From assembly GCF_006345805.1 (NCBI RefSeq), contig NC_043011.1, forward strand, positions 58,044,464 through 58,108,463: 64,000 nt of DNA, given 5' to 3'. The position numbers and the translations under genes are program-made. Each line of letters begins with the position of its first letter. Position 1 is the first letter of the stretch. The stretch comes from Octopus sinensis. Lineage: Eukaryota. A model generated the notes under the pieces. The model saw only the letters and a list, made by a program, of their open reading frames with translations. It was not told the origin of the DNA and searched no databases. This document shows, piece after piece, positions 1-12,681 of the stretch.

Positions 1-427
1 CCCAAACCTCCACTCTACCCCAACCCCCAGCGGAACCCACACCCCACTTGGGCTTTCCCCACTCTCACCTCCCCCATCTCCCACAACATCACACCACACT
101 ACACTACACCATACAATATTACACACCACATCACAACATACCACTCACAGCACACCGCCCACACACCCATCCTCACATATTTACACCTAAACATACATAC
201 ACATATCTCATCACAACACACCACCCACACACCCATCCCCACATCTCCACAACCACACATATACACACACCTCAAGACCACCAGCCGTCTTTCACACGCA
301 CATACATACTATCTTATACACACACGCACCTTTCTGTTGGGGGCACTTTCGTTTTGGAAGTCACTTGACCCTGTTATCTCCCCTGACCACTGTTCGAAGT
401 CAGGACGCCATGATAGACCGTTAGCTC

Positions 428-613
428 TTACACGCATTTTTTTCTCTCCTTGGTTCTCTCCTTGTTTCTTTTCTGCGTATCTTTCTGTCGAAGAGCGTAG
501 GCTCGAAACGTCAAAGACTTGTTCTATTTCTATTCCTGAGCGCCATACTAATACATTTGTTTGTTTGTACTCCACCTGCCCTCATCTTTTTATTTATTTT
601 CGTAAACCTTCCC
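428..613 (+). mobile_element. Penelope-like pseudo-LTR fragment carrying an HHR-like motif (family P1)
   Basis: Homologous to 1910-2122 in inverted orientation; both copies end at cgtaaac(c/t)(t/c)tccc next to TA tracts; contains the HHR-like fold at 481-516. Confidence 0.55.
481..516 (+). ncRNA. Minimal type I hammerhead-like motif, core variant CUGUCGA
   Basis: Stem I CTTT/AAAG; CTGTCGA+A; stem II GAGC-GTAG-GCTC; GAAA; C-GTC cleavage triplet with palindromic ACGT stem III. Confidence 0.55.
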
Positions 614-756
614 GTTTTATATATATATACATATGTATCTCTCTGTGAGAGAGTTGTGTGTGTCTTTCATTGTATGTACGCATCTTTGCTCATGATCTTG
701 TTTAGAAATTTGCACATATGCACGCGAACACTCACTCACACACAAACGCATACACG

Positions 757-791
<35 letters not shown>

Positions 792-853
792 ACAAATATA
801 TTTATGTATATATATATATACACATTTATATATATATACATATATATATTATA

Positions 854-885
<32 letters not shown>

Positions 886-1637
886 GCATATACCTGTGTA
901 TATATATACATATATGTATATATGTGTGTATGTGTGTGTAAATTTATTCATACACATAGATATTCATGAGTATATATCGTAGGTGAAATGTGAGCCAAAT
1001 TTTGACCCAAGGAGAGAGTGTAGGGAGAAGAAAGAGAAAGAGAGAGGGAGAGGGAGAGAGAGAGAGAGAGAGGGGGTGAGCGTAGGAGGGAGGGATAACG
1101 TAGGACTCTCATCCAATTCGTTGGTAAGTGTTCACCGTTTTAATATGAACCATAAAATATATGTTTGACAGCCGTCTCACAAATTTATCAAATATTATAT
1201 TTATATATATTTATTCACTTACCCAATATCAACATGTGTGATTTGGCACAATCTCTGAACTGGTGATCTATCGCTATCAATTCATCAATGGTAGCCCATA
1301 TTTCACTTTGACCTCAGGCTTTACACCTTTGTTTTGTCCTTTGCCATATATTTCATTGCCTAAATAAATATTTGTGAAATATGGCGGTTGTGTTTTAATA
1401 TTTTAAAGTGTTTCGCAGGAGAGAATTTTTTTGTAATGATTATTTTTCAGGGCCGAGGGTTAGGTGGCGAGAAAAAAGTAATCGAGCTTTTGACTAAAGT
1501 TTTAAAATACATTGACAGACGCTAAAATGCTTCTCGGGGGAAGAATAATTTGTTGAACCCGGATGGTAGTTTAAGACTGTGGTCTAAATTGTACGTCCTA
1601 AGTGAATGACCTTGATATCAACCGTTTATAAATGTGG

Positions 1638-1640
<3 letters not shown>

Positions 1641-1705
<65 letters not shown>

Positions 1706-1722
1706 ATCTATCTATCTATCTA

Positions 1723-1753
<31 letters not shown>

Positions 1754-1780
1754 GTCTATCTGTCTGACTGACTGACTGCC
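1641..1780 (+). repeat. Compound tetranucleotide microsatellite (TATC)n-(TGTC)n-(TGAC)n
   Basis: Read directly; similar compound tract at 55838-56015. Confidence 0.9.
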
Positions 1781-1797
1781 TGCCTGTAAACATATGT

Positions 1798-1828
<31 letters not shown>

Positions 1829-1835
1829 CATAATA

Positions 1836-1899
<64 letters not shown>

Positions 1900-1909
1900 C
1901 ATATATATA

Positions 1910-2122
1910 GGGAGAGTTTACGAAAAAAACAAAAGACGAAGACAGGTGGTGTACAAAACAAACAGATGTATTAGTATAACGCTCAGGAATAGGAAAAGTC
2001 TTTTACGTTTCGAGCCTACGCCATCTACAGAAAGGGACACAGAAAAAAACAAGGAGAGAAACAAGGAGAGATAAAAAGGAGATAAGAAAAGGAGAGCAAA
2101 AAGGAGAGACAAAAATGTGTGT
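1910..2122 (-). mobile_element. Second P1 pseudo-LTR fragment with degenerate HHR-like motif at 2000-2034
   Basis: Minus strand reads CTTT CTGTAGA TGGC GTAG GCTC GAAA C GTA AAAG; flanks align with 428-613. Confidence 0.55.
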
Positions 2123-2936
2123 AGTGGTTATTCGTGTCCTGTGTTTCTGGATGTCTGCGTTTGTCCTCAGACCACTCAACAACTGGTGTTGGTTTGTTAG
2201 CGTCCTTGTACAACACCACCGCACAATAAGTAACAGACTTGCTAAAGTACCATCACTGAACAGATTCGACATTGTTCTAGCAAATGCTTTATGTTTGTGC
2301 TCCAGCATGGGCGGCGTTCAATAACTGGAACAAATGAAAGAATATTAATATAAATGTTATTGTTTCACGTTTAACAATTGTGTTAGGTATTGACGCAACC
2401 TCCAATATATTTCGAGTGTAAACCTTACAGTTTCCTTACCATATTTTTATAAAGCGGTATTACATGCCCCCTAATTCTCTGGAAGTTTATTAAAAATCCC
2501 GTTACTAACTATATTGGATGATTCGTTCTTTAGCTCAAAACTATTTCTGTCTAGAAGCTTGTCATGATCTTTATATTGTGTTGTTAGAATTGGATTGGAA
2601 TCACAGAACAGAGTTTTCTATTTCTTGTTTCAACATTGTCAGCAAATCCCAATGGAAGAAATGAAAATATATCGCCATCCGCTGATTTAATGGACGGTTA
2701 TTGATTATTATCATCTGCAGTAAATTGGTTGTAATTCTCGTGTTTTTCTTTCTTCAGCGATGTCCTTAATATTGGTTTCTGAGGAAACGTGGACTCACAA
2801 GTGTTAATGTCAAATAAACTAATCCTTTCCAAGCCCAGGAACGTTTTTAAGAGCAACACAAAAAGGAGGAGGATGGGAGGACCAAAGATGGGGAAGAACA
2901 CGAGGGAAAATGAAGATTATGATAATAATAATAATA

Positions 2937-2976
<40 letters not shown>

Positions 2977-3216
2977 TAATAGTAATAATAAGTTAACATG
3001 ATCGTATTCTCAAGAAAGTATTAAAACTGATATGTAGCAATTTCATGCTAAACATAACATTTAATAATGATATATGTTGTCTATAGTCTCAGGCATAGGT
3101 CTGTTGTTAAGAAACTCGGCAGTTTCAGGTTCAGACCCACTACGCAGCAGATTGTGCCATTATCTTCTATTATTCTCTTGGGTTGACCAGTACATAATGA
3201 GTGAATATGGAAGGTG

Positions 3217-3320
<104 letters not shown>

Positions 3321-3467
3321 ATATATATATATATATAATATATATATATTATATATATATATATCTATATATATATATATATATATATATAATAAATATT
3401 AGGAATAAATCCAAATTTACAGGGAAAAAATCAGATTTAGGATTAAATCGATTTTATAGTAAAATAT

Positions 3468-3790
3468 TATAAAATATTATTCGAGACAAAACCACTATTT
3501 TGCAAAACAAACAAGGAAAGACTTAATCAATACATAAATTTTAATAAATAGTAAAAAAACCGCCACTACAATCGTTTCTTGTCTTGATCGACAATCTTCA
3601 GGTGGACTTCCAATAATTCAGTGTCAAACGACTTCATAATTGACACTGAATTATTGGAAGTCCACCTGAAGATTGTCGATCAAGACAAGAAACGATTGTA
3701 GTGGCGGTTTTTTTGACTATTTATTAAAATTTATGTATTGATTAAGTCTTTCCTTGTTTGTTTTGCAAAATAGTGGTTTTGTCTCGAATA

Positions 3791-3800
<10 letters not shown>
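3468..3800. mobile_element. Near-perfect 333-bp palindrome; inverted Penelope-like pLTR pair with one HHR per strand (family P2)
   Basis: Arms 3468-3627 and 3640-3800 differ by one indel; 12-nt spacer. Confidence 0.8.
3662..3704 (+). ncRNA. Type I hammerhead ribozyme (mirror copy at 3563-3605 on the minus strand)
   Basis: CCAC-CTGAAGA-TTGTC[GATCAA]GACAA-GAAA-C[GATT]GTA|GTGG; all core residues present, GUA triplet. Confidence 0.75.
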
Positions 3801-3828
<28 letters not shown>

Positions 3829-4109
3829 TATATATATATATGCTATGCATATATATATATATATATATATAATTAAACAATATTTCTTAAAGGTATAAAA
3901 TCATGATTTTCCTATAGAAGAAACTCCATTAACTAAATTTGCAACTTAAAACATTAGGATCATTTGCTACAATACATTTATCATGTTAAATACTTAAGTT
4001 TAAAAAATAGAATAAATAGATAGAAAAACGTATTTATCTGTGAAGACATAATTTAGCTTAATAAAAAACTGTAATAAACTATGGACAGAAAAAGAAGAAA
4101 GCTACTAAC

Positions 4110-5174
4110 AATGCATGGAACCCATCATCCATGAACCCATCACCCTGACCGCCTATATAGGAAAAGAGCAAATAGAGGAAGGGGACTGATAGGTGTGGAA
4201 GACTGCGTGCGTATCGTAGCTTAATGAGATACCTAGCCCAAAGTAAGGAAACCTTGCTAGTGACAGTTAAGAACGAGGGTGTATTTAGAGCAGGTAAAAA
4301 AGGGAAAAAAAGGAAGAAGGCGATGAAGAAGAATTACGCAAGAAAGAACTACATAATCAATTCCATGAAGGCACAACAGAAGTTGCTGGAAAAATAGATG
4401 GGATTGGCTGATGAAAGGAAACCTAAAAAAAGAGACCGAAAGCACTATACTGGCAGCGTAGGACCGATATTTGGCCATGAACTGGAAGGTCAACCATAGG
4501 AATGAGCAAGAGTCTCTGCTGTGTCACATCTGCAATAGAGTGGATGAAACCATTGCCCATATCACGAACGAATGCCCCAGACTTGCCCGAAACCACTAAA
4601 AGGTGTGGCGATACGACCAGGTAGCGAAAGTTTTCCATTGGAAACTGTGTGAAAAGTGGGGGCTAGAGAGAGGCAAGGCATGGTATGAGCAGAAACCGGT
4701 GAGAGTGGCGGAGTCGGCGACTAGCAAAATCCTCTGGGATTTCCCAATCCAAACTCATCAGGTGTTAGAGCATAACAGACGGGTCCTAGTGGTGGTGGAC
4801 AAGGTGCGCAACACATGCATGTCCCTTTGACCCAAAAATAGTCAAGAAGGAAGACGAAAAGATAGATAGATACAACCTCCTTATATATGAAATAACCCGG
4901 ATATGGAAAATGAAAAAGGTGAAGACAGTGCCAGTTATTGTTGGGTCGTTAGGAACAGTATTAGAAGGCATCAAGAAGAATAAAAAAGGGAATTGGAGTA
5001 GAGTACCCAGTAGAACTGTTACAAGAGGTTTGCCTCCTTGGCACGGCCAGAATAATCAGGAAAGTATTAGATAGCTGAAAATAAGGGATAGCATGGTACC
5101 GTAGGCTGCATGTAGTAAGGTCGATAGGCATGCAAGTCTCCAGGAGCTCGAACAAAATCTGTGATATAGAGAAA
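4110..5174 (+). mobile_element. 5'-truncated, frameshifted R4/Dong-like non-LTR retrotransposon (RLE type, family A)
   Basis: Translates to HPDRLYRKR..GRGLIGVEDCV, CCHC knuckle CHICNRVDETIAHITNECP (from 4522), KILWDFPIQT..NR and TVPVIVGSLG; ends in an (AAT/GAT)n tail. Confidence 0.85.
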
Positions 5175-5208
5175 TAATAATGATAATGATGATGATGTTG
5201 ATGATGAC

Positions 5209-5267
<59 letters not shown>

Positions 5268-5335
5268 CGACGACGACGACGACGATGATGATAACAACAA
5301 TAACTATTATTGTTATTCTTATTAGTATTATTATT

Positions 5336-5770
5336 AAGGCAGCGAGCTGCCAGAAACGTTATCTCGCCGTGCGAAATACTTAGCGGTATTTCGTCCGTCT
5401 TTACGTTTTGAGATCAAATTCCGCTGAGGTCAACGTTGTCTTTCGTGTTTGATTAAATGAGTACCAGTTACGCACTGAGGTCGATGTAATCGACTTACTT
5501 CCCTCTCTGAAGCTTCATTTGTGGCAAAAATATTGAAATCATTTTTATTATTATTATCATTATTAATAATAATATTAAGGCGGCGAGATTGCACGAAATG
5601 CTTAGCGGTATTTCGCCAGTCGCTACATCCTGAGTTCAAATTCCGCCGAGGTCATCTTTGCCTTTCATCTTTTCGGGGTCGCCAAATTAAGTACCAGTTG
5701 AACACTGGGGTCAATGTAATCGAAACATTTCATTCCCCAAAATGGCTGCCCTTGTGGGAAAAACTTAAAC
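5336..5770 (+). mobile_element. Two tRNA-derived CORE-type SINE copies (family B) separated by (ATT)n
   Basis: aaggc(g/a)gcgagctg head, gagttcaaattccgccgaggtc B-box region, CORE-like tttcatc..ggggtcg..aagtaccagt. Confidence 0.8.
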
Positions 5771-5796
5771 CATTATTACTATCATTATTATTATTA

Positions 5797-5864
<68 letters not shown>

Positions 5865-8535
5865 TGTTGTTGTTATGATGATAATAACCCAGCTATCATA
5901 CATGAGCAAAATCCTTTTGTTATGAGCTGATATTAATTTGCTTCTAATGTAATCTGGTCTCTGCCATTATAATTCCTGCACAAAAGTTTACATTGTCAAT
6001 CTTTCAGGTTAATTATGTTTTTATGTGCTTTCTTCAGTGCTCCTGTTTCCACAGGTGGTCCATTAGCAGAACATTAAAAGGAGATAATAGCACATTGTAA
6101 GGCATTTCCTCTCCGCTTACTATTGACATTCCGCGCCAAATAATTCGATGCAACATAAAGACAAAATATGTTATAAAAATTTCTTCTTCCCTTCCCTTTC
6201 ATGAAAAATATTCACATAATTCTTCTTCAATTGAAGAATTTTATGTAAATGAAATTAATTTTCTTCAAAATTTACTTAACTCAAATCCAAAGTATGAGAG
6301 AAAGAAAGCGGTAAGAAGAAGAACATGCAATATGCAATTTTTTTTTCTGGGAAATGTTTAATTTCTATGTGTTAAATAGGAAGGTATAAATCCTTTATCA
6401 GGCCTTCAGTTCAATTCCTGACAAAGATTGTGTAATACATATTAAGTAGCAAAAATCAAACGTAAACCAAAACAAGAAAACAAAACATGTAAACGATTGA
6501 ATATTTTAGAATTTCATAACGTAATTTGAAAGAATAATGAAAATGAAAGCTCTTCAGCTTGGAACATTGGGTAAAAGAAGTCTAAACACACAAAGGAATT
6601 TCTGAAGATTTCAGGCCAGAATAAAAATTATAAATTGATTATTTTTTCTTCAGAGAAATTAAATAAGCTATTTAAATATAACGGTGCATGCGCAAATATG
6701 GATGTTATCCTATGAATATTTACTTAGCAAATTCAAAATCCACTTAACGAATCCATTGAAAAGGTAATTTGCTTTTTAAATTTGTTTTCATATTTCGAAT
6801 TGAATTCTCCAATTCTCCTTTTTCACAGCATTTTGGATCGGTCATTGGTTGAGAAAAGAATGCATCATTTTGTAAATTATCTGTCTTAGCTTATCATCCA
6901 TCGAACCATCCAGGCATTCATCTTTGTTTTTATAAACCACAGGAACCATTGATCGATTGCGCTATACACATCAATTTCTCAATTCATCGATCTACCTGAT
7001 CATCCATTACTTGCATGATTGATCCTTACATTCTTACATATATAAACATTAGCGATACACAGGCGCCCTTTCATTGCTACAAACATCCTTTCACTACGTT
7101 TTATCTTACACATATATATTGTTCTCCTCACACTTCCGCCCATCAACCTATCCACACCTACATACCTTTGCGCATACCTTGATTCTTTCGTGCATTCATC
7201 CATCCAGTAATCGATTCCTTTAATTATCAATTGATCCAATCCATCTATCCGCCCAGCCATACAGCCCTTTGTCTCTCATCAAACACTATTTCTTCTGAAG
7301 TTGCTTCCTCAGATGCGCATCAACGTCTGAACCACTAAAACAGGGCTATATAGACGAATAGTTTCTGAGAACAGCATGACATTCGAGGATTTACGAGATG
7401 GACAAAACTGTAAATGATACATACATCTTACAGATATGAAGGATACGAAATGGTACATGACTAGCGCTATGTCGTAGAATTAACTTCTGCGAATTAATAA
7501 TGATGAGGTTCTCGTCGTTATTAAGTTTCATGGAACAATGAGATAAAACAACATGGTATATCCCACAATCCTCTACGGACGTGAGGCAATTAGGTTCAAA
7601 CGAGATTCATTAAATGATCTTAAGCCATCATACTATTTCTCAACTACTCATTCTTCTCATGAAAATGAAAACTCACTCGTGAAGATCTAAAAGGTTGGGT
7701 AACAGCTCCTGCTATAAAAATGATTGGCAATCGCTAAAAATACTACTGTCACAACGAAATCAATACGCCTTCAGTCTGATCCATCAGAGTTTAAGGGCGT
7801 CGCACTCCATGTACTTTTGAGCGATTCTGGCTTTAGCACTTAACCTATAAAGCAGTATGCATGCTAATTTTCTCTTGCAGTTGATTGTAATGAAGAAATA
7901 ATTAATGAATTAACTGAAATAATATCGTGTTGTCAATGCAATTTAGCAGAGTCCGTCCCGAAAACATGACATCATAGCAATGTATCTGCATGATGTATAA
8001 CCATTACAAACAGACCAGCTTAGAGATTTAATTTGTCGTTCTAGATCGACTGACAATAAACGTATACTTGCACACATACATACACACAGACATACATACG
8101 TATATACATACAAATACACATGTGTGTATATATTTATATATATATATATATATAATTAATACACAAATATGAGAGAGAATCCACCATGTGGACGCTCTTA
8201 CGCTAGATATAGATCCGCAAATGGACTCAACTACTAAGAATTGTTCTCAAGAAAATTTTTAGCACACTAAGAACGTAAGCGGGCAGGACAAATGAAAAAT
8301 AACAAAAATATAGATTAACCCCATACAATTTTTTCACTGTTAATAAATTATGCAATTCAACTTACATAACTATCCTCAGATCATCAGTGGAGTACGTCAA
8401 AATATAATTTGTCGAACTGCACGCTATATATTAACACGAGGTCAGAGACTGAATCTCAGTCTTTTTGCGCTAGGCCACTGGTGTTTAAATCGATGTTATT
8501 AAATTAATATCCAATTTTTTTACCCTCATTTTGAC

Positions 8536-8581
<46 letters not shown>

Positions 8582-8770
8582 ATGTGAGAATTAGTCGGTT
8601 GCCATAATAAAACTCAGATTTTCGGATATCGGGGCGGAAATTCTGTTCCGGCATCTCGTCAGTTAATAAGACAAACAAAAATGCTATGAAAATGACAGTA
8701 AATTAAAGAGAAATTACACGAATAGGGGGAAACTCTGAGTTTTATTATGGCAACCGACTAATTGTCACAT
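8582..8770. mobile_element. 189-bp element with 37-bp inverted arms and a degenerate HHR on the minus strand at 8605-8668 (family P3)
   Basis: Arms atgtga(g/c)aattagtcggttgccataataaaactcaga, one mismatch; the upstream flank (~8450-8545) is also present at ~55520-55610. Confidence 0.55.
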
Positions 8771-8896
8771 CTTATATTATAGATAAACTGCTCCATTTAC
8801 ATAATATCGAGGTCTGATTCGTACTTTGTTGTCATATTATTATTATTATATATATATATATTATATATATATATATTATATATATATATATTATAT

Positions 8897-8947
<51 letters not shown>

Positions 8948-9559
8948 AGATATATATTTATGTACGAACAAGCGCACAAATAATACATATATAATTCATA
9001 TGAATATTACGATGATTTTAAACTAACTTATTAAAATACGTCCCTAATATTCACGCGATGGTTTCCTTGGTGACACTGGAGTAATTCTGTTCATGAAAGA
9101 TGCACGCCACAAATTCGCAACAAAAATCTTTTTCAGCAACGTAATATTAATTTCTATGTATTGACTGCTTCAATGGTTTTATTTTTGATAACCAAGCAGA
9201 TAACCAAGCAGTTCATTCACCTATAACTCATGAACCTTACTCTACACATCTTTCTATAATTTCCCTTAATTGATTCCCAGTTTTCGTTATGGTTTTGCTT
9301 TAGCGACACATTTTTCTGTCTGTTACTCCTTCAAGAATTTTCATACCAACAAAACTCACAATACTGCGAATTCCATGCTTCTCTGGATATTTAATCATAC
9401 GTGACTTAAAACGAGTCTTATGGTTTCATATTTTGCATTTATGACTCATGGATTAGTATACTGTTACATTTATTTATCAGAAACAATATATTTTTTACAC
9501 ATCTGTAAAAAAATGACGACTGCGCATTTACTGATGCAAGATGCCTTTTATATAATGCT

Positions 9560-9628
<69 letters not shown>

Positions 9629-10653
9629 ACATATATATGTATGTGTGTGTGTGTGCGTTTGTGATATGCATTTGTTTTGTGGTAAAATTGATTTTTCTAT
9701 AAGCGGTCGTGTGTCTGTCTTTACGCATGATATCATCGAAGTATATTTCTTTTCAACGATGATATGTATGTAAACTATTTAGGCTCATGAATAGCCTGGT
9801 AAAAGCGTCAGGATGCGTGAGTGTGTGTGTGTGTGTGCGCATATAGGTGTTACAGCATCACTACTTCTCCGTGGTGCTTTCCGTATTTAATACTTGAAAG
9901 ATGTTTCCGCTTGATTTATTCTGATCTATGGACAGTACTCTGGTCCACATATCAACCATAGCATCATTCTGTTGGGTTTTTTGAGTCCCACCACCGTCTC
10001 CAAGATACGATGAAATCATTTGTCTCATTTCCCGATTGTTGACAAAATTCCCAACAGCACGATTATATTTCCTTTTGTAACAAACTGCTGCAACTTTATT
10101 TATTTTTCTAATGAATTCTATTTATGGTCAGAAAATTTCGTTTCCTAGCAACAATTTCACACTTTCGTTCAAATCAACTAACTTCAGCAAAATATGCATT
10201 GTGAGTAATGCTGTGCTTGTTTTCCCTTTCGTTGTAACGGTTCAAATGAATAGTATGAACGATTCCTGTGACAAAATCGTGAAACCTTGCTTGTCTTTGT
10301 TAGCTTTATATGGTTCTGCTTTGCATTTTTATGCCTCTGCTTTTTTCCCCATATCTTTTTCACTGGAGACGTATACTTGTGCGTTAATACTAAAACTACT
10401 CTTACAACCACCCTAACCCTCACTCTCGTGTTAGTGAAATGCGTATAAAATCAAGATTAAAAATTTCCAAAATAGACATTTAAAAGGGAGTGGATCATGA
10501 AAGGGTTCATTCCCTTATTAATTATGTTTATGTTATAATGTCGTCATCAGGGTAAAAAATAACCAAACAAAAATATAATCAGAAAATTACTATTTGTAAA
10601 TCTCACAACGAGAGATATTCAGCAACAGTACTTTGGAGTTAAGATTATTTGCC

Positions 10654-11011
10654 AACATAACATGGCAGTCCTGGTTTAGGACGAGTGTTACTGTAATTTA
10701 TCCCCGGGAGACATCGTTTCCAGCTGGCTATACGGCACGATCTGTTTCCTTATATTCTCGAACAAAGGAATCTAGCACCCCCCCCACTCAGCTCAAAATA
10801 ATATCTGTGTATCGCTATTTCTGTGCTGATGAAGGGAAAAAATCCGGAAATCGCGATGCACAGATATTGTTTTGAGCTGAGTGGGGGTGCTAGATTCCCT
10901 TGTTCGAGAATATAAGGACACAGATCGTGTTGTATAGCCAGCAGGAGACGATGTCTCTTGGGGCTAAATTACAGCAACATTCGTCCTAAACCAGGACTGC
11001 TATGTGATGTT
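10654..11011. mobile_element. Palindrome of about 160-bp arms around an HHR (family P4)
   Basis: Arms 10654-10815 and 10853-11011 are inverted homologues; sibling copies at 21814-22113 and 35625-35921. Confidence 0.75.
10821..10863 (+). ncRNA. Degenerate type I hammerhead ribozyme
   Basis: CTGTG-CTGATGA-A-GGGA[AAAAA]TCCG-GAAA-TCGCGA-TG|CACAG; the inverted arm preserves the cleavable ATA version. Confidence 0.6.
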
Positions 11012-11014
11012 ATA

Positions 11015-11164
11015 TAATATAAGCCTCATTGGCACGGCGAGAATAATCAGGAAAGTGTTAGAGATTTGAAAAGAACAGATAGCATGATACCGTAGGTTAG
11101 AGGCAGCAAACCTGCTAGGCATGCAAGACTCCAGGATTTCCAGCAAAACCTGTGATACAGAGAA
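11015..11164 (+). mobile_element. 3' end of R4/Dong-like family A
   Basis: Aligns with 5030-5174 (LLGTARIIRKVL plus 3' UTR); followed by (AAT)n. Confidence 0.8.
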
Positions 11165-11237
<73 letters not shown>

Positions 11238-11270
11238 GTAGTAGTAGTAATAATAATAATAATAATAATA

Positions 11271-11322
<52 letters not shown>

Positions 11323-11323
<1 letters not shown>

Positions 11324-11795
11324 GAGAAAGCAACCATACTCTGGGATATGCCGATACACACAGATAGAGAAATTAAGGCCAACAGACCAGATATAGTTGT
11401 CAGAGATCATGAAGGAAAAAAATGCTTTCTAATTGATGTATCAATACCGGCAGATGACAACGTGTCTCTAAAAGAAATGGAGAAACTCTCAAAATACAAA
11501 GACCTGGAAATAGAGGTAACCAGAATGTGGAACCTGAAAACAGAAACAATTCCTATCATAGTAGGCGCATTAGGCATGATAAAAAAATATTCAGACAAAT
11601 ACATAACAAAAACACCAGGACTTACAAACACATATAACATACAGAAAATTGCACTACTAGGCACTGCACACATCCTACGCAGAACACTTTCCATACAATA
11701 ACCATCAGAGCATCACAACAAATCACAGCACATACCCAAGGCACACAGAGCTGCGCTCGGTAGTGAAGTGAAAGCACGCTATGAAAATAAAACTA

Positions 11796-11797
<2 letters not shown>
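11323..11797 (+). mobile_element. 5'-truncated R4/Dong-like LINE, family B; RLE endonuclease C-terminus
   Basis: ORF 11348-11701: NRPDIVV..LIDV..EKLSKYKDL..IVGALG..LLGTAHILRRTL (PD-D-K motif); (AAT)n on both sides. Confidence 0.9.
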
Positions 11798-11875
<78 letters not shown>

Positions 11876-11892
11876 TGATAATAATGTCAATA

Positions 11893-12303
11893 AATGTTCC
11901 AGGCAGTGGCTCTCATGTCTTTCGATCTTGAGTGGAAGTGTTATGTAAGTGTTTTGTCTTGGTATAAACGATGGGCTACAATAAATATTGTGCTCAATGA
12001 CACAGATTTGATTGTCATTTGTTTGACCTTCACCAGTTGATTATGTCCCTTTGGTAGCTGATGACATGTGCATCTATGATCATGAACAGGAGTAGTCGGT
12101 GAGCATGATAGCCGTGTGTTGAGTGGGATTATTTGGGGTTTGAATGATTCACCCCTGGAAACATGGGTATTTCGTTCATCATCCTTAGAGTAACCTTATT
12201 CAGGGACCTTTTGAGCGGGACGGGCTACACGATGTGTCCTACCTACAAGGCCATGCGTTGTTTAACTTTATACGAGATCATATCTGATTGTGATGCATAG
12301 GCA
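11893..12303. mobile_element. Non-coding (AAT)n-flanked interspersed repeat, family C
   Basis: Reverse-complement homologue of 60918-61452. Confidence 0.7.
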
Positions 12304-12320
12304 TCAATAATAATAATAAT

Positions 12321-12353
<33 letters not shown>

Positions 12354-12392
12354 AATAATAATAATAATGATAATAATAATAATAATAATAAC

Positions 12393-12440
<48 letters not shown>

Positions 12441-12509
12441 TAATAATAATAACAACAATAATAATAATGGTAATAATGATAATAATAATAATGATGATGA
12501 TTTCAAAAA

Positions 12510-12672
12510 GTTTGACTCAAGGCCAGCCATTTCGGAGGAGCTGCTAAGTCGATTGCATCGATCCCAGTACATAACTGGTACTTATTTTATCGACCCTGAA
12601 AGGATAAAATGCAAAGTTGTCCTCGGTGGCATTTGAAATTAGAACGTGGGGACGGGCGAAATATCGCTACCC
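12510..12672 (-). mobile_element. CORE-type SINE (family B), diverged
   Basis: actggtacttattttatcgaccctgaaaggataaaatgcaaagttgtcctcgg matches the reverse complement of CORE. Confidence 0.7.
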
Positions 12673-12681
12673 TATAATAAT

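Noticed and set aside
2140-2175. CTGAGGA..GAAA on the minus strand
   Set aside because: No stem II complementarity
6055-6096. 42-nt candidate exon (strong acceptor, ATT|GTAAGG donor)
   Set aside because: Weak donor, no recognisable peptide and no supporting neighbouring exons
7270-7330. CTGAGGA..GAAA on the minus strand
   Set aside because: The intervening sequence pairs with the core itself; no valid stem II or stem I
9880-10100. Possible APE endonuclease fragment on the minus strand (NIIVLLG)
   Set aside because: Single short motif with catalytic residues absent
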